A stretch of DNA of 64,000 bases from an uncultured Candidatus Actinomarina sp. (GCA_902510055.1 CABWZY010000001.1:64212-128211), one strand, 5' to 3'; shown: positions 1 to 10,332, counted from the stretch's first letter. Made by a program: numbers and translations. Notes: generated by a model not told the origin, from the letters alone.

Positions 1-1
1 T

Positions 2-109
2 GGTGGGATTTTATTAATTGGTGTTGGAATAAATCTTTTAGGAATAAAAAAAATCCCAGTTGGGAATTATATTCTTAGTCTTTTTGTTCCTTTTATTTTG
101 ACATTGTAA
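2..109 (+). CDS. C-terminal fragment of a DUF554-like integral membrane protein (5' end lies outside the window)
   Basis: Frame 2 reads GGILLIGVGINLLGIKKIPVGNYILSLFVPFILTL then a stop. It is hydrophobic and resembles the C-terminus of the YdfK/YqgA family. Recognised by eye only. Confidence 0.4.
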   Translation, partial: GGILLIGVGINLLGIKKIPVGNYILSLFVPFILTL

Positions 110-752
110 AAACTCTTGTTGCTCCCTCTACTCCATCAAAAATTTCAATTACTTTTTGAGATTCTTCCTCGAAATTAGAGCTAACCTTTTCTGGGTTTCT
201 TATGTTGAATGCTCTATTTTTAAAATCTATCTCAACAGGAACATAGGGTATGTCTAATTCTTTTGCTAAATAATAAAAACCGCTTCTAAATTTATAAGCA
301 ACTTCTGTTCCTGCTTCTGGCGCAATCAATAGAAGATAGTTATCAATTTTAGAAAACTCCTCAATAGCGCCTTTAATAGTGCCTCTTGAGTTAACTCTAT
401 AAACTGGTACTCCACCAAGCCTCATCAGTATTATTTTTTGCAACCAACCTAGAGGCCAGGGAATACCTAGTTTATCTAAGTTCTTTGAAAAAGTCACAAG
501 ACTTGGCAACCTAGTAAATATCCAGCGTGCACCAAAAAAAGTAACTTTTAAATCTAAAGCAAGAACAGCCAACAAGCCATACCAAGCATCTCTCATCGCT
601 GAATGTGGTGCCCCAATTAAAATCATTTTTTTTAAATTAGGAATAGTTCCCGTTATGTCCCATTTAAATAGTTTTAAAAGGAATCTACCTAAAGGGCCTA
701 AAATTATTCGTTTTCTCTTAGGGATATTCTCTGGAACTTCAATCATTTTCAA
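93..752 (-). CDS. Glycerolipid acyltransferase (PlsC-like 1-acyl-sn-glycerol-3-phosphate acyltransferase family)
   Basis: 219 aa ORF with an HX4D acyltransferase motif (HSAMRD) near the N-terminus. It overlaps the asd stop, which suggests an operon. Confidence 0.55.
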   Translation of the reverse strand: MKMIEVPENIPKRKRIILGPLGRFLLKLFKWDITGTIPNLKKMILIGAPHSAMRDAWYGLLAVLALDLKVTFFGARWIFTRLPSLVTFSKNLDKLGIPWPLGWLQKIILMRLGGVPVYRVNSRGTIKGAIEEFSKIDNYLLLIAPEAGTEVAYKFRSGFYYLAKELDIPYVPVEIDFKNRAFNIRNPEKVSSNFEEESQKVIEIFDGVEGATRVFTMSK

Positions 753-1728
753 CTACATAACTAGCAATCTGAACAGCATTTAATGCAGCTCCTTTTAATA
801 GATTGTCAGAAACCACCCAGAAATTCAAAATCCTATTATCAGATAAGCCTTTTCTCATACGTCCAACTAATACATATTTTTTTCCTTCGGCATCTAATGG
901 TGTTGGTAATACATCTTCCCAGTATTGAACTCCATTGAAGCTGTCTATTAAAGTGCTTGCCTCTTTAACTTCTACTTCTTTTTCAAAAGTTGCGGAACAA
1001 AATATTCCATGACCAGTTTTTACACCAACTCTTGCATTTGAAGGCTCTACAGTCAGTTCTGGTATATTTAAAATTTTTCTCGATTCATTTACAAATTTCA
1101 TCTCTTCATCTGAATATCCATTTTCAGTTAAGCTACCAGCTAAAGGTATTACATTTCTTGCTATAGGTCTTTGATAAAATCCTTCATCATAATTTGAATT
1201 AAGTTTTTCCCCTAAATGTTCTTCTTTCTCTAGCGAGTTTACAGCTTCACTGCCTGATCCGGACACAGCTTGGTATGCAACAGGCACAATATTCAATAAA
1301 TTATATTTATCATGCAAAGGTTTCAAAGCCATTACCAAACCCATAGTTGTGCAGTTAGGGTTTGATATTAATTTTGTTTCTTTAGAGATTGTATTTTCAT
1401 TTATTCCAAAAACAACTAGTGGAACTTCTTTCTCCATTCTAAAAGCGGAAGAATTATCAATAACATATGAACCTTTAGAGGTAAATATCTCAGCATAGCT
1501 TTTGGACCTTTCACCGCCTGCTGAAAATAAAGATATATCATAAGATTCTATATTATTTGCATTAAGCTCTCTGACTTCATATTCATTACCATTAACCTCT
1601 AGCTTTTTTCCTGCTGATTTGCTAGATGCGAACAAAGTATAACTTGCATCTTTTGGAAGAAATTCTTCACAAAGGTTGATAATCTGCCTTCCAACTAAAC
1701 CTGTTGCCCCAACTATTGCTATATTCAT
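739..1728 (-). CDS. asd: Aspartate-semialdehyde dehydrogenase
   Basis: N-terminal VGATGLVG Rossmann motif and the SNPNCTT active-site cysteine motif. Sits directly downstream of aspartate kinase. Confidence 0.93.
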   Translation of the reverse strand: MNIAIVGATGLVGRQIINLCEEFLPKDASYTLFASSKSAGKKLEVNGNEYEVRELNANNIESYDISLFSAGGERSKSYAEIFTSKGSYVIDNSSAFRMEKEVPLVVFGINENTISKETKLISNPNCTTMGLVMALKPLHDKYNLLNIVPVAYQAVSGSGSEAVNSLEKEEHLGEKLNSNYDEGFYQRPIARNVIPLAGSLTENGYSDEEMKFVNESRKILNIPELTVEPSNARVGVKTGHGIFCSATFEKEVEVKEASTLIDSFNGVQYWEDVLPTPLDAEGKKYVLVGRMRKGLSDNRILNFWVVSDNLLKGAALNAVQIASYVVEND

Positions 1729-2946
1729 TTACTCAGAAATAAATTCTTCATGAAGTGCCTCTATAGCTTTATTCATGTCATTTTTTGGAATCACGCAGGA
1801 AATCCTTATAGGAGATGTTGAAATCATTCCTATGTTTATCTTATTTTTACCTAATATTGAAAACATCTTTGAAGCTACACCAGATTCTGCCTTCATTCCA
1901 GCACCAATAATTGAAACTCTTGCAATATTTTCATCTGAATCAGTCCCTTCAGCATTTAAATCGTTTGAGAGATTGGAGAGAACCTCCATTACCTCTTCAC
2001 TTTGATCTGTAGGGGCAGTAAAACTTATATCTGTCTTTGAATCCTTAGAAACATTTTGAACAATCATGTCTACAATTATTCCACCTTCAGATAGGGGCCC
2101 AAAAACCTTCCCGGCAATACCAGGTTGATCAGGAACTCCAAAAAGAGTGAACTTCATTTCTTTATCATTATGAGTAACTCCCCTGACTATGGCTTCTTCC
2201 ATTATTTTTTCCTTTACTATTGTTCCCTCGCCGTTGTTAAATGTTGATTTAACAATTATTGGTACATTATACCTTCTACCAAATTCTACAGACCTAGCCA
2301 TCAATACTCTCGCTCCTGATGAAGCCATTTCTAACATCTCATCATAAGTTATTTCCTCTATGAGTTTTGCTTCTTTAATTATTCTTGGATCAGCTGTAAA
2401 GACTCCTTCAACATCAGTATAAATCTCACACCTTTCAGCATCTAATGAGGCTGCTAAAGCAACTGCTGTTGCGTCTGACCCTCCTCTACCTAGAGTCGTT
2501 ATTTCTCGAGTCTCTTTATTAACTCCTTGAAATCCTGCGACAATAACAATATTTCCATTTTCTATTCCTTCTTTGACTCTCTCTCCACTTATATTTTCAA
2601 TTTCTGCCATTCCGTGTCTGGACGTAGTTGTAATACCAGCTTGAGAACCAGTTAGTGAAAAAGATTCGTACCCTAAATTATTTAAGTGAATTGCAAGAAG
2701 AGACATTGTAATTCTTTCTCCAGCTGATAAAAGCATATCCATCTCTCTTGGTGAAGGTGTTTCGGAGAGTTCCTCTGCTAAGTCAATTAATTCATCTGTA
2801 CTTGAACCCATTGCTGAAACAACGACTACTACTTCGTTCCCGCCTTCTTTGCATTCTATAATTTTATTCGCGACAGTTTTGAGTGATTCAGGGTTTGAAA
2901 CACTTGTGCCACCAAATTTTTGTACTATTAAACTCACCTGAAACAT
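1729..2946 (-). CDS. lysC: Aspartate kinase
   Basis: Has the VQKFGGTSV kinase N-terminus and C-terminal ACT-like repeats. The stop abuts the asd start. Confidence 0.93.
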   Translation of the reverse strand: MFQVSLIVQKFGGTSVSNPESLKTVANKIIECKEGGNEVVVVVSAMGSSTDELIDLAEELSETPSPREMDMLLSAGERITMSLLAIHLNNLGYESFSLTGSQAGITTTSRHGMAEIENISGERVKEGIENGNIVIVAGFQGVNKETREITTLGRGGSDATAVALAASLDAERCEIYTDVEGVFTADPRIIKEAKLIEEITYDEMLEMASSGARVLMARSVEFGRRYNVPIIVKSTFNNGEGTIVKEKIMEEAIVRGVTHNDKEMKFTLFGVPDQPGIAGKVFGPLSEGGIIVDMIVQNVSKDSKTDISFTAPTDQSEEVMEVLSNLSNDLNAEGTDSDENIARVSIIGAGMKAESGVASKMFSILGKNKINIGMISTSPIRISCVIPKNDMNKAIEALHEEFISE

Positions 2947-2994
2947 TCTAATGAACTTATTAAAGATTTAACAGACCTAGTACTCTAGTTTGTA

Positions 2995-3873
2995 ATGGCT
3001 ATTGATTTACACATACATTCAATAAACTCTGATGGAACCGATTCGGTTGAAGAACTAGTAGATAAAGCTTTAGAAATGCAGCTAGAAGCTATTTCAATTA
3101 CAGATCATGAATATCTTACAATTCCTAAAAAAAGAGATGGTATTGAAATAATCCAAGGAATTGAAGTTAGTGCTAGCTGGGATGATCTTGAAAGTTTTAA
3201 TGTATTTGCAGGAGTACATTTGCTAATTTATTTTTTAGAGGAAGAGAGTTCTATAACAAAACACTTGGAGAAAATTAGAAATCTTAAGATTGAAAGAAAT
3301 GAAGATATATTAAAAAAACTAAATCAAGAAAATATAGAAATAGATCCATCGGAACTCAATAAGTTCGATACAAAAGTACCAGGTAGACCCCACATTGCAA
3401 AAATAATGTACGAAAAAGGATATGTTAATTCTATAAACGAAGCTTTTGTAAAATACTTAGGAAATGGAAAAGTAGGTGATTCCAGAATTCACCAAGAATC
3501 TATAGAGAAATTGATTGAATTATCAAGAGAATCAAAATGTTTAATATTTTTAGCACACCCTCATACTTTGATGAGTAATAAAAATTATTCAAATAATCAA
3601 AAATGGATAAACAATGATTTTATTACCTATATAGATAAGCTTGCTGAATTAGGTATTGATGGATTGGAAACAAATTATTCAAGTTACAATTCAGAAATTA
3701 CATCAAGCTTATCTACTGTTGCAAAAAACTTCAATCTTCTAGAGTCTGGTGGTACTGATTATCATGGTGAAAATAGACCAAATATTAATATCGGATTTGG
3801 TTATGAAAATAAACCATTAAAAACCCCTTATGAATTTTTATTTAAAATGAAAGAAAAACATGCAGGAATATAA
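2995..3873 (+). CDS. PHP-domain phosphoesterase (TrpH/YciV-like)
   Basis: Has the IDLHIHS..SDG metal-binding N-terminus and a GGTDYHG C-terminal motif, both typical of the PHP family. Confidence 0.8.
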   Translation: MAIDLHIHSINSDGTDSVEELVDKALEMQLEAISITDHEYLTIPKKRDGIEIIQGIEVSASWDDLESFNVFAGVHLLIYFLEEESSITKHLEKIRNLKIERNEDILKKLNQENIEIDPSELNKFDTKVPGRPHIAKIMYEKGYVNSINEAFVKYLGNGKVGDSRIHQESIEKLIELSRESKCLIFLAHPHTLMSNKNYSNNQKWINNDFITYIDKLAELGIDGLETNYSSYNSEITSSLSTVAKNFNLLESGGTDYHGENRPNINIGFGYENKPLKTPYEFLFKMKEKHAGI

Positions 3874-5356
3874 AAAACTCATAGGACCGATTTCTATAAT
3901 TTCTATAGCTTACTTAAGCAGCAGGCTGTTGGGATTCCTAAGAGAAATTCTTCTTGCAAAGTGGACTGGTGTATCTTCTGCTTCAGACACTCTTGACTTA
4001 GCCTTCATAATTCCAGATTTTTTATTTTACCTATCTGCAGGTGGTTATTTAGCAATAACTCTAATCCCAATCCTTTCAGACTTAAAACAAAAGAATAGTG
4101 GAGGTTTGAATGATTACTTCTTATCTCTTCTCTATGGTCTCTCTATTATTTTTATTTCTATATCAGCTATCTTTTTCCTGCTTAAAAGTGAGATAGGTTT
4201 AATTCTAGAAGTACAAAACTTGAACCTTTTTTCAAAACTATTTGCCCCAATAGTCTTTAGCCAGGCTTTCTTTTTTATTGGGGCAATACTTATGTCATAT
4301 CAATATTTTCATAATGACTTTAAATACCCCGCTTTAGCTCCTGTAATTTACAATTTTTCAATAATACTTTTCGGTTGGTTGAACTCTTCAACTCCAGAAT
4401 CAACAGTATATGGCTTTGCAGTAGGAGGGTTTATAGGGTCAGTTGTTGGACATTTTTTTATTCAACTAATAGGAGTTAAAAAAAGTGGTTTAACTTTTAA
4501 ACCTGTTACACCAAAGATCAGATATATTAAGGAATATCTAACTGTTTCTCTACCTTTAATCGTGGGACAATCAATTGCCGTAATGGATGAGCAGCTATTT
4601 AGGATTTTTGGTTCATTTTTAGGTGCTGGGTCTGTTGCTTCTTTTAGGTATGCAAGAAGAATTGCACTACTTCCAGTAGGTATAGTTGCTCAGGCCGTAG
4701 GTGTTGCTAGCTACCCAACCTTATCAAAAATGTTTGTAGAGAAAAAGTTTGATGAACTTAAAAATATAATCAGAACACAGCTCTCTTCATTGTTTCTATT
4801 TAATGTTGTTATGGTATTAATTCTTGTAATAAATTCAGAAGAAATCATAAGTATTGTTTACGAAAGAGGAAGATTTTCTAGTGCTGATGTAATGAGGGTT
4901 TCATCAATAATGAAGGTTGTGGCCTTAGGAGTAGTCCCTTGGTCTATTAATCAAATTGTAAATAGGTCTTATTACGTCCAAAAGCGTTACTGGTTCCCAG
5001 TGGGAGTTGGAACTATAGGAACTCTGGGAACAACTATTACACTCCTGCTAAGTAGTAACGCTAGTGAAATTAACTATTCAATAATTATTATTTCTTTTTT
5101 GTGGGCTTATGCAGCTTTTATGTTATTTTCACTCAAGATAGAAGGAGAGTCGATACTAGATACAGCTCTAATTTATGATATATTTTTATGTTTACTGTTA
5201 TCAGGGATTATTTATACAGCCTTAATTAACCTAAACCTAGATTTTGGAAATATTATTTATAACTTAGTTGTAACTTCAATTATTGTTATTATTTCATTTT
5301 TAGTGTCTATCAGTATCATTAGAATGAACTATGTTGAATTTAAAAGGAGAAGATAG
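3860..5356 (+). CDS. murJ: Lipid II flippase MurJ/MviN
   Basis: 498 aa polytopic protein. The N-terminal LSRLLGFLREILLAKWTG...D...AF.IPD pattern is characteristic of MurJ. Confidence 0.85.
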   Translation: MQEYKKLIGPISIISIAYLSSRLLGFLREILLAKWTGVSSASDTLDLAFIIPDFLFYLSAGGYLAITLIPILSDLKQKNSGGLNDYFLSLLYGLSIIFISISAIFFLLKSEIGLILEVQNLNLFSKLFAPIVFSQAFFFIGAILMSYQYFHNDFKYPALAPVIYNFSIILFGWLNSSTPESTVYGFAVGGFIGSVVGHFFIQLIGVKKSGLTFKPVTPKIRYIKEYLTVSLPLIVGQSIAVMDEQLFRIFGSFLGAGSVASFRYARRIALLPVGIVAQAVGVASYPTLSKMFVEKKFDELKNIIRTQLSSLFLFNVVMVLILVINSEEIISIVYERGRFSSADVMRVSSIMKVVALGVVPWSINQIVNRSYYVQKRYWFPVGVGTIGTLGTTITLLLSSNASEINYSIIIISFLWAYAAFMLFSLKIEGESILDTALIYDIFLCLLLSGIIYTALINLNLDFGNIIYNLVVTSIIVIISFLVSISIIRMNYVEFKRRR

Positions 5357-5697
5357 TGCAGAAATTTCCACTTAAAAAAGGGTTATCTGACGCTAAAGAT
5401 CTCCATGAGGAAATAGATGAATATATAGATGTTCTTATGGGACATATTAATCCACCTATTTCTGATGGAGTTGATACATTGTTTGAAGTTAGTAGTACCT
5501 ACTTAGCTAGAGCTAAAGAAATAGAAATTAAACTGCTTGAAAGAGAGAGGAACGGCTCTATTCAAACTGGTGATGAACTAAAAAAATTTAGAACTGGAGA
5601 ACTAAGAAGTTTTATAGAGTTATGTAAAAGCGCACAAAACCAAGGTTCCAGAAGAATCACTATAGCTTTAAGCGAACTAAACCTAAAGGATAGCTAA
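5356..5697 (+). CDS. Hypothetical protein (113 aa, charged, helical)
   Basis: The ORF is tightly coupled to the murJ stop and uses a GTG start. I recognise no motif. Confidence 0.4.
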   Translation: MQKFPLKKGLSDAKDLHEEIDEYIDVLMGHINPPISDGVDTLFEVSSTYLARAKEIEIKLLERERNGSIQTGDELKKFRTGELRSFIELCKSAQNQGSRRITIALSELNLKDS

Positions 5698-7214
5698 TTT
5701 AGATCTTCTACTTCGAATACTTCTTGGGCAGCATCCAAGCCTTTAGATTCTCCTACTTTAGATTTTTCACTTAATAATATTTTAATACTTACTTCTATTC
5801 CCATTCTTTTTTCAACTTCAGAAATTACTAAATCAAGTACTTCTTGTGACTTCTGAAGCTCCTGTAAAAGAAACTCATTGTCTTTATCAACAAATAAGTT
5901 GATAGTGTCATTGCTCTCTACTTCTGGTTTTACAGCAGTTAGATACGAAAATTTTCTTGAAGATAACTTCTCTCTTAATTCTTCTAAAATCTTTGGCCAA
6001 TATACATCGAAATTTTCAAGTGACTCTGTATTTGTTTTTTTTATATTTTTTTTTGGCTTTTCTACCTTTACATTTTCTTCTTTGACTTCCAATACAGGGT
6101 TTTCTTCTTTTTTAGGCTGTACAGCTCCAGTTAATTTACCTTCCAATAAATCAACTCTATATCCTATTGATTTAACATCCGAACCTAGCTCTGGTTTTAT
6201 TATTTTCATAATAAATAATTCCAACTTTAGGTGGGCAGAAGATGTTATTGAAATAACACTATTTATTTCATCTATCAAGTCGAGAATTCTAACTAACTGT
6301 TTTGCAGATATTTTCTTATTAGCTTCTTCAAGAAGCTTTTTTAAATTTGGTGTAAGTGAACTTAATTTATTGTCATCAGGTAAGTATTTAAGATAAAATA
6401 GGTTTCTAAAAAATTCTGATACAGAGTCAACAATATCATTTGGTTGTAAGCCTTTTGAGTATGCTTCTCTTATTACACTAAGGACAGCTCCAGTATCTTG
6501 TGTTTCTACAGCGTTGATTATTGTTGCAAAATCTTTACTACTTAACTGACCGAGTAAGCTAAACAGTTCGTCTGTAGATGCTTTTTCACCAAATGTATTA
6601 TATGCTTGTTCGAAGAGGTTTATTGCATCCCTGAGGGAACCATCTGATGAATTTGCAATCATTTTTATTATTTCACCATCTAGAGTTATTTTTTCTTTTT
6701 TTCCTATTTGTTTTAGGGTTTTAATAATTTCATCTTCTGTGATTTTTTTAAAGACTATCTGCGTAGTTCTGCTTTTTATTGTTTCCAAAACTCTTTCTGG
6801 TTCAGTGGTAGCGAGTATAAAGATTATATGTTCTGGTGGTTCTTCTAACGTTTTAAGAAAAGCATTAGAAGCTGCATTCGAGAGCATGTGAACTTCGTCT
6901 AAAATAAATACTCTTTTCTTTCCGGGGCTGCTAGCAATAAAATTTACACTTTCATTCATCTCTCTTATGTCATCGACTTTATTATGTGATGCTGCATCTA
7001 TCTCTGATATGTCAAATATTGGATCGCAACCTAACTGCAATGCAATAATTCTTGCTAAAGATGTTTTACCTACTCCTCTAGGCCCTGAAAATAGATACGC
7101 ATGACCTAGGTTTTCCTTCTCAATTTGATTGCTAATTAAAGAAACTGCTTCTTCTTGACCAACTAGTTCTGATAGCTTTATTGGTCTATATTTTCTATAA
7201 AATGCTTGTTTCAT
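5694..7214 (-). CDS. dnaX: DNA polymerase III subunit gamma/tau
   Basis: Starts YRKYRP, has a GPRGVGKTS Walker A motif, an ILDEVHML Walker B motif and an SRT sensor motif. Confidence 0.95.
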   Translation of the reverse strand: MKQAFYRKYRPIKLSELVGQEEAVSLISNQIEKENLGHAYLFSGPRGVGKTSLARIIALQLGCDPIFDISEIDAASHNKVDDIREMNESVNFIASSPGKKRVFILDEVHMLSNAASNAFLKTLEEPPEHIIFILATTEPERVLETIKSRTTQIVFKKITEDEIIKTLKQIGKKEKITLDGEIIKMIANSSDGSLRDAINLFEQAYNTFGEKASTDELFSLLGQLSSKDFATIINAVETQDTGAVLSVIREAYSKGLQPNDIVDSVSEFFRNLFYLKYLPDDNKLSSLTPNLKKLLEEANKKISAKQLVRILDLIDEINSVISITSSAHLKLELFIMKIIKPELGSDVKSIGYRVDLLEGKLTGAVQPKKEENPVLEVKEENVKVEKPKKNIKKTNTESLENFDVYWPKILEELREKLSSRKFSYLTAVKPEVESNDTINLFVDKDNEFLLQELQKSQEVLDLVISEVEKRMGIEVSIKILLSEKSKVGESKGLDAAQEVFEVEDLN

Positions 7215-7273
7215 ATTATTAAATGGTAATAGGTTCCTTCTCTATAGTGCACCTAAGAATTAAACTTAGTCAA

Positions 7274-7819
7274 ATGAGAATAGGAGTAGATTTAGATGGG
7301 GTCGTTGCAAACTTCACTAAAGGCTGGACAAAATATTACGAAGAAGAGTTCGGCAAAAAAATCTTAGAAGAGGATATTACAGGCTGGGGTTTATCAACAC
7401 CCTTAACCCACTTTAAGGAAGATTTAGATTTTTGGGAATGGGCAAAAGATATTAATGGTTCATCCATCTTTAGAAACTTAGAAGTTTATAAAGATTCTGT
7501 TGAAACATTAAATGAGCTTTCTAAATCCGGACACGAAATTGTTATCCTTTCCTCTAAACCCTGGTGGTCAATTCATGATACTTTAATCTGGCTAGGAGAA
7601 AATAAAATTCCAACTAAAGAAATACACTTTATTGAAGATAAGTGGACTGTTGATTGTGAAGTGTATATAGATGATGCGCCTTATCAATTAGAAAATTTCA
7701 AAGAAAAAGCTCCTGAGAAAAAAATAATTAGATACGTTAGGAGTTACAATAAACCACTCGATGGTGTTTTTGATATCCATCATTGGAGTGAATTAATCCC
7801 TTTATTAAATAGCTTTTAG
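7274..7819 (+). CDS. HAD-superfamily 5'(3')-deoxyribonucleotidase-like phosphatase
   Basis: MRIGVDLDGVVANF is a HAD motif I (DxDG) right at the N-terminus. I prefer this internal ATG to the track start at 7223, which lies only 8 nt from the divergent dnaX start. Confidence 0.6.
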   Translation: MRIGVDLDGVVANFTKGWTKYYEEEFGKKILEEDITGWGLSTPLTHFKEDLDFWEWAKDINGSSIFRNLEVYKDSVETLNELSKSGHEIVILSSKPWWSIHDTLIWLGENKIPTKEIHFIEDKWTVDCEVYIDDAPYQLENFKEKAPEKKIIRYVRSYNKPLDGVFDIHHWSELIPLLNSF

Positions 7820-7835
7820 TGTTTAAGGTAAAAAT

Positions 7836-8813
7836 GTGAATGATTCATTTATATTAAGAGACCGTAACTGGAGAGAAGCTAACGAAAGAGTTACTTTATC
7901 TTCTAATGCAACTTTTGCTAATAACTCAAAAGGAAGAGAAATAAATGAAGAACCTGATTTATTTAGAACTGTCTTCGAAAGAGATAGGGATAGAATTATT
8001 CATTCAAAAGCATTTCGTAGATTAAAACACAAAACTCAAGTTTTTATCAACCCTGATGGTGATCATTTTATTACAAGAATGTCACACACACTACAGGTAA
8101 CTCAAATTGGAAGATCTATAGCAAGAACTCTTGGGCTTAATCCTGACCTTACGGAAGCAATATGTTTAGGTCATGACGTAGGACACTCTCCTTTTGGTCA
8201 TACAGGAGAAGATGCACTAGCGGAGATACTCGAAGATGGATGGAGTCACTCTGAAAACTCTGTAAAAATATTTAAACAAATAGAGCCTTTAAATCTTTCT
8301 TATGAAACTTTAAATGGAATAAAATTCCACCCTTGGAAATATGAAGAATCACCGGAAACACCTGAGGGTATGGTCTGCAGGTTCTCTGACAGGATTGCCT
8401 ATTTAACACATGATGTAGAGGATGCAATTAGAGCAGATATTTTAAATAAAAATGATATACCTAAAAAAATAACTAAGATATTGGGTTCTCCGGGAAAACA
8501 GTGGATAAATAATTTAATTTCAGGAGTTTTTAAAGCTTCTACTAATACAGGAATAGATATGGATAGTGAAATTTTAGAATGCATGAATGAATTAAGAGAT
8601 TTCATGTTTGAAAAAGTTTATTTGAGAGAAGAAACAATTAAAGAAAGGGGTGAAGCTAAAGAAGTCGTTGAGAAACTTGTTTCAAGTTTTGAGAAAAATC
8701 CAGATTTACTACCTGAACAATACAGGACTGATCAAACAGACTTGGAAAATGCCGTTGACTATGTAGCAGGTATGACCGACAGGTTTGCTTTAAAAGAGTT
8801 TAGCAAATTATAA
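7836..8813 (+). CDS. dgt: dGTP triphosphohydrolase-like HD-domain protein
   Basis: Has the RDRDRIIHSKAFRRLKHKTQVF signature and an HD motif (GHDVGHSPFGH). Confidence 0.85.
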   Translation: MNDSFILRDRNWREANERVTLSSNATFANNSKGREINEEPDLFRTVFERDRDRIIHSKAFRRLKHKTQVFINPDGDHFITRMSHTLQVTQIGRSIARTLGLNPDLTEAICLGHDVGHSPFGHTGEDALAEILEDGWSHSENSVKIFKQIEPLNLSYETLNGIKFHPWKYEESPETPEGMVCRFSDRIAYLTHDVEDAIRADILNKNDIPKKITKILGSPGKQWINNLISGVFKASTNTGIDMDSEILECMNELRDFMFEKVYLREETIKERGEAKEVVEKLVSSFEKNPDLLPEQYRTDQTDLENAVDYVAGMTDRFALKEFSKL

Positions 8814-9629
8814 TTACTTACCCTTAAACTTAGGTTCTCTCTTTTCCATCAAGGCAAAAATACCCTCTTTTAAGTCTTCAGAAACTAGGAAAGAAGTGCT
8901 CCACATTCTTACTAAGTCTAAAGATTGATCTGCAGTTAGTTCTTCTCCTTTATCAAGAATCATTTTTACTCCATTAACAACTAACGGCGAATTCGAAGCT
9001 ATCTCTTTAGCAAGGTCCATTGCTCCTTTTATTAACTCTTCATGTGTGTCATAAATATGATTTACAAATCCAATTTCCTTTGCATATTCTGCATCAAAAG
9101 TTCTTCCAGTATAAGCAAGCTCTCTCAGCAAACCTTTAGATATAATTTTTGGCATCCTCTGTAAGGCTCCTACGTCTGCGACTAAGCCTAGTTTCGATTC
9201 ACCAATTGAAAATTCAGCATCTTTTGCTGAAAGTCTAATATCACAGGATGCAACTAAATTCGTTGCACCTCCAATGCTATAACCTTGGATAGCAGCAATT
9301 GTTGGCTTTTTCGTTTTTGCAACAGTAGTAAACGCATCTTGGAATTTTTTTGTTATTTCCATTATCTCTAATCTTTCTTCTGCGTTAGTTCTTAAGTCTT
9401 CATTTAAATCAAAAGCTTCTACAAGTAAATTTATGTCTATACCAGCAGAAAATGTATCTCCTTTGGCTGCCAAAATAATTACCCTCACATCCTCGTTGTC
9501 ATCTAATTCTTTAACTAGCTTTGGTAAACCAAACCATAATTCATCATTTAAAGCATTTTTTTTCTCTGGACGATTTAGCCAAATAATTCCTATATTGTCT
9601 TTTACTTCTGAAAATATTTTTTTATTCAT
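8814..9629 (-). CDS. Enoyl-CoA hydratase/isomerase (crotonase) family protein
   Basis: Has the crotonase pattern LNRPEKKNAL, with GDTFSAGID and GYSIGGA oxyanion-hole segments. Confidence 0.85.
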   Translation of the reverse strand: MNKKIFSEVKDNIGIIWLNRPEKKNALNDELWFGLPKLVKELDDNEDVRVIILAAKGDTFSAGIDINLLVEAFDLNEDLRTNAEERLEIMEITKKFQDAFTTVAKTKKPTIAAIQGYSIGGATNLVASCDIRLSAKDAEFSIGESKLGLVADVGALQRMPKIISKGLLRELAYTGRTFDAEYAKEIGFVNHIYDTHEELIKGAMDLAKEIASNSPLVVNGVKMILDKGEELTADQSLDLVRMWSTSFLVSEDLKEGIFALMEKREPKFKGK

Positions 9630-9663
9630 GATTACCTAAATTCTATCTTACTAAAATAACAAA

Positions 9664-10323
9664 ATGGATGTTTTTGAAGCTCTTTATACAACGAGAGCAA
9701 TGCGAAGGGTTAAAGAAGACCCTATACCTGATGAAATAATTAAAACTATGGTCGATGCTGCAATAAGAGCACCTAGCGGATCTAATAGACAAGGTTGGAA
9801 ATTCCTTGTTGTCACTGATCAAGAGACAAGAAAACAATTAGGCGATATATATAGGGAAACCTGGGAATATTATATGAAAGAATTCTATGGAGGAAAACCC
9901 GATCTTGGTGCCTCAGAGGTTGGGGATGATAAAAAAGCTAATCAGGTTATACGAATAAGTAAGTCTGCAGGATGGTTAGCAGAAAATTTTCATAAAGTTC
10001 CTGCACATTTTCTTGTTTTTTCCAGAAATGATCCAACTGGTTCATCAATATTTCCAGCTATATGGAATTTAATGTTAGCTGGGAGAGCACATGGTATAGG
10101 TACTTGTTTAACAACCGTCATGTCTTTTAAACAAAAAGAAGCTTTTGAAATACTTGAAGTTCCTGAAGATAAAGGCTGGACTCTTAATGCCGTTATAACT
10201 GCAGGATATCCATTAGGTAAATGGGGAGTAGCTGAAAGAAATCCTGTTGATGAAGTTACATATTTGAATAAATGGGGAAATTCACCAGACTGGAATCTTG
10301 AAGAACCTATTTGGAGCTACTAG
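9664..10323 (+). CDS. Nitroreductase family protein
   Basis: Has the TTRAMRR..DPIPDE and RAPSGSNRQGWKF motifs typical of the nitroreductase fold. Confidence 0.8.
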   Translation: MDVFEALYTTRAMRRVKEDPIPDEIIKTMVDAAIRAPSGSNRQGWKFLVVTDQETRKQLGDIYRETWEYYMKEFYGGKPDLGASEVGDDKKANQVIRISKSAGWLAENFHKVPAHFLVFSRNDPTGSSIFPAIWNLMLAGRAHGIGTCLTTVMSFKQKEAFEILEVPEDKGWTLNAVITAGYPLGKWGVAERNPVDEVTYLNKWGNSPDWNLEEPIWSY

Positions 10324-10332
10324 TAATAAAAG

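Noticed and set aside
5878-6396. Long antisense ORFs in the track, for example 5878-6396 (opposite dnaX), 12665-13021 (serS), 32661-33005 (permease), 35498-35977 (lipoprotein B), 38768-39247 (aldolase-like), 43877-44389 (gyrB), 46495-46923 (dnaN) and 57199-57612 (cca).
   Set aside because: Each lies entirely opposite a gene with unmistakable conserved motifs. They translate to low-complexity Ser/Phe/Leu-rich sequence, which is what the reverse complement of GAA/AAA/GAT-rich coding DNA produces. None has its own ribosome-binding site or a recognisable motif.
7215-7273. SRP RNA (ffs) upstream of dnaX, and ybaB/recR downstream of it, as in many bacteria.
   Set aside because: Only about 59 nt separate dnaX from the divergent HAD gene, and the sequence has no SRP domain IV features. 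The downstream neighbour is a convergent unrelated ORF, so these elements are not in this window.
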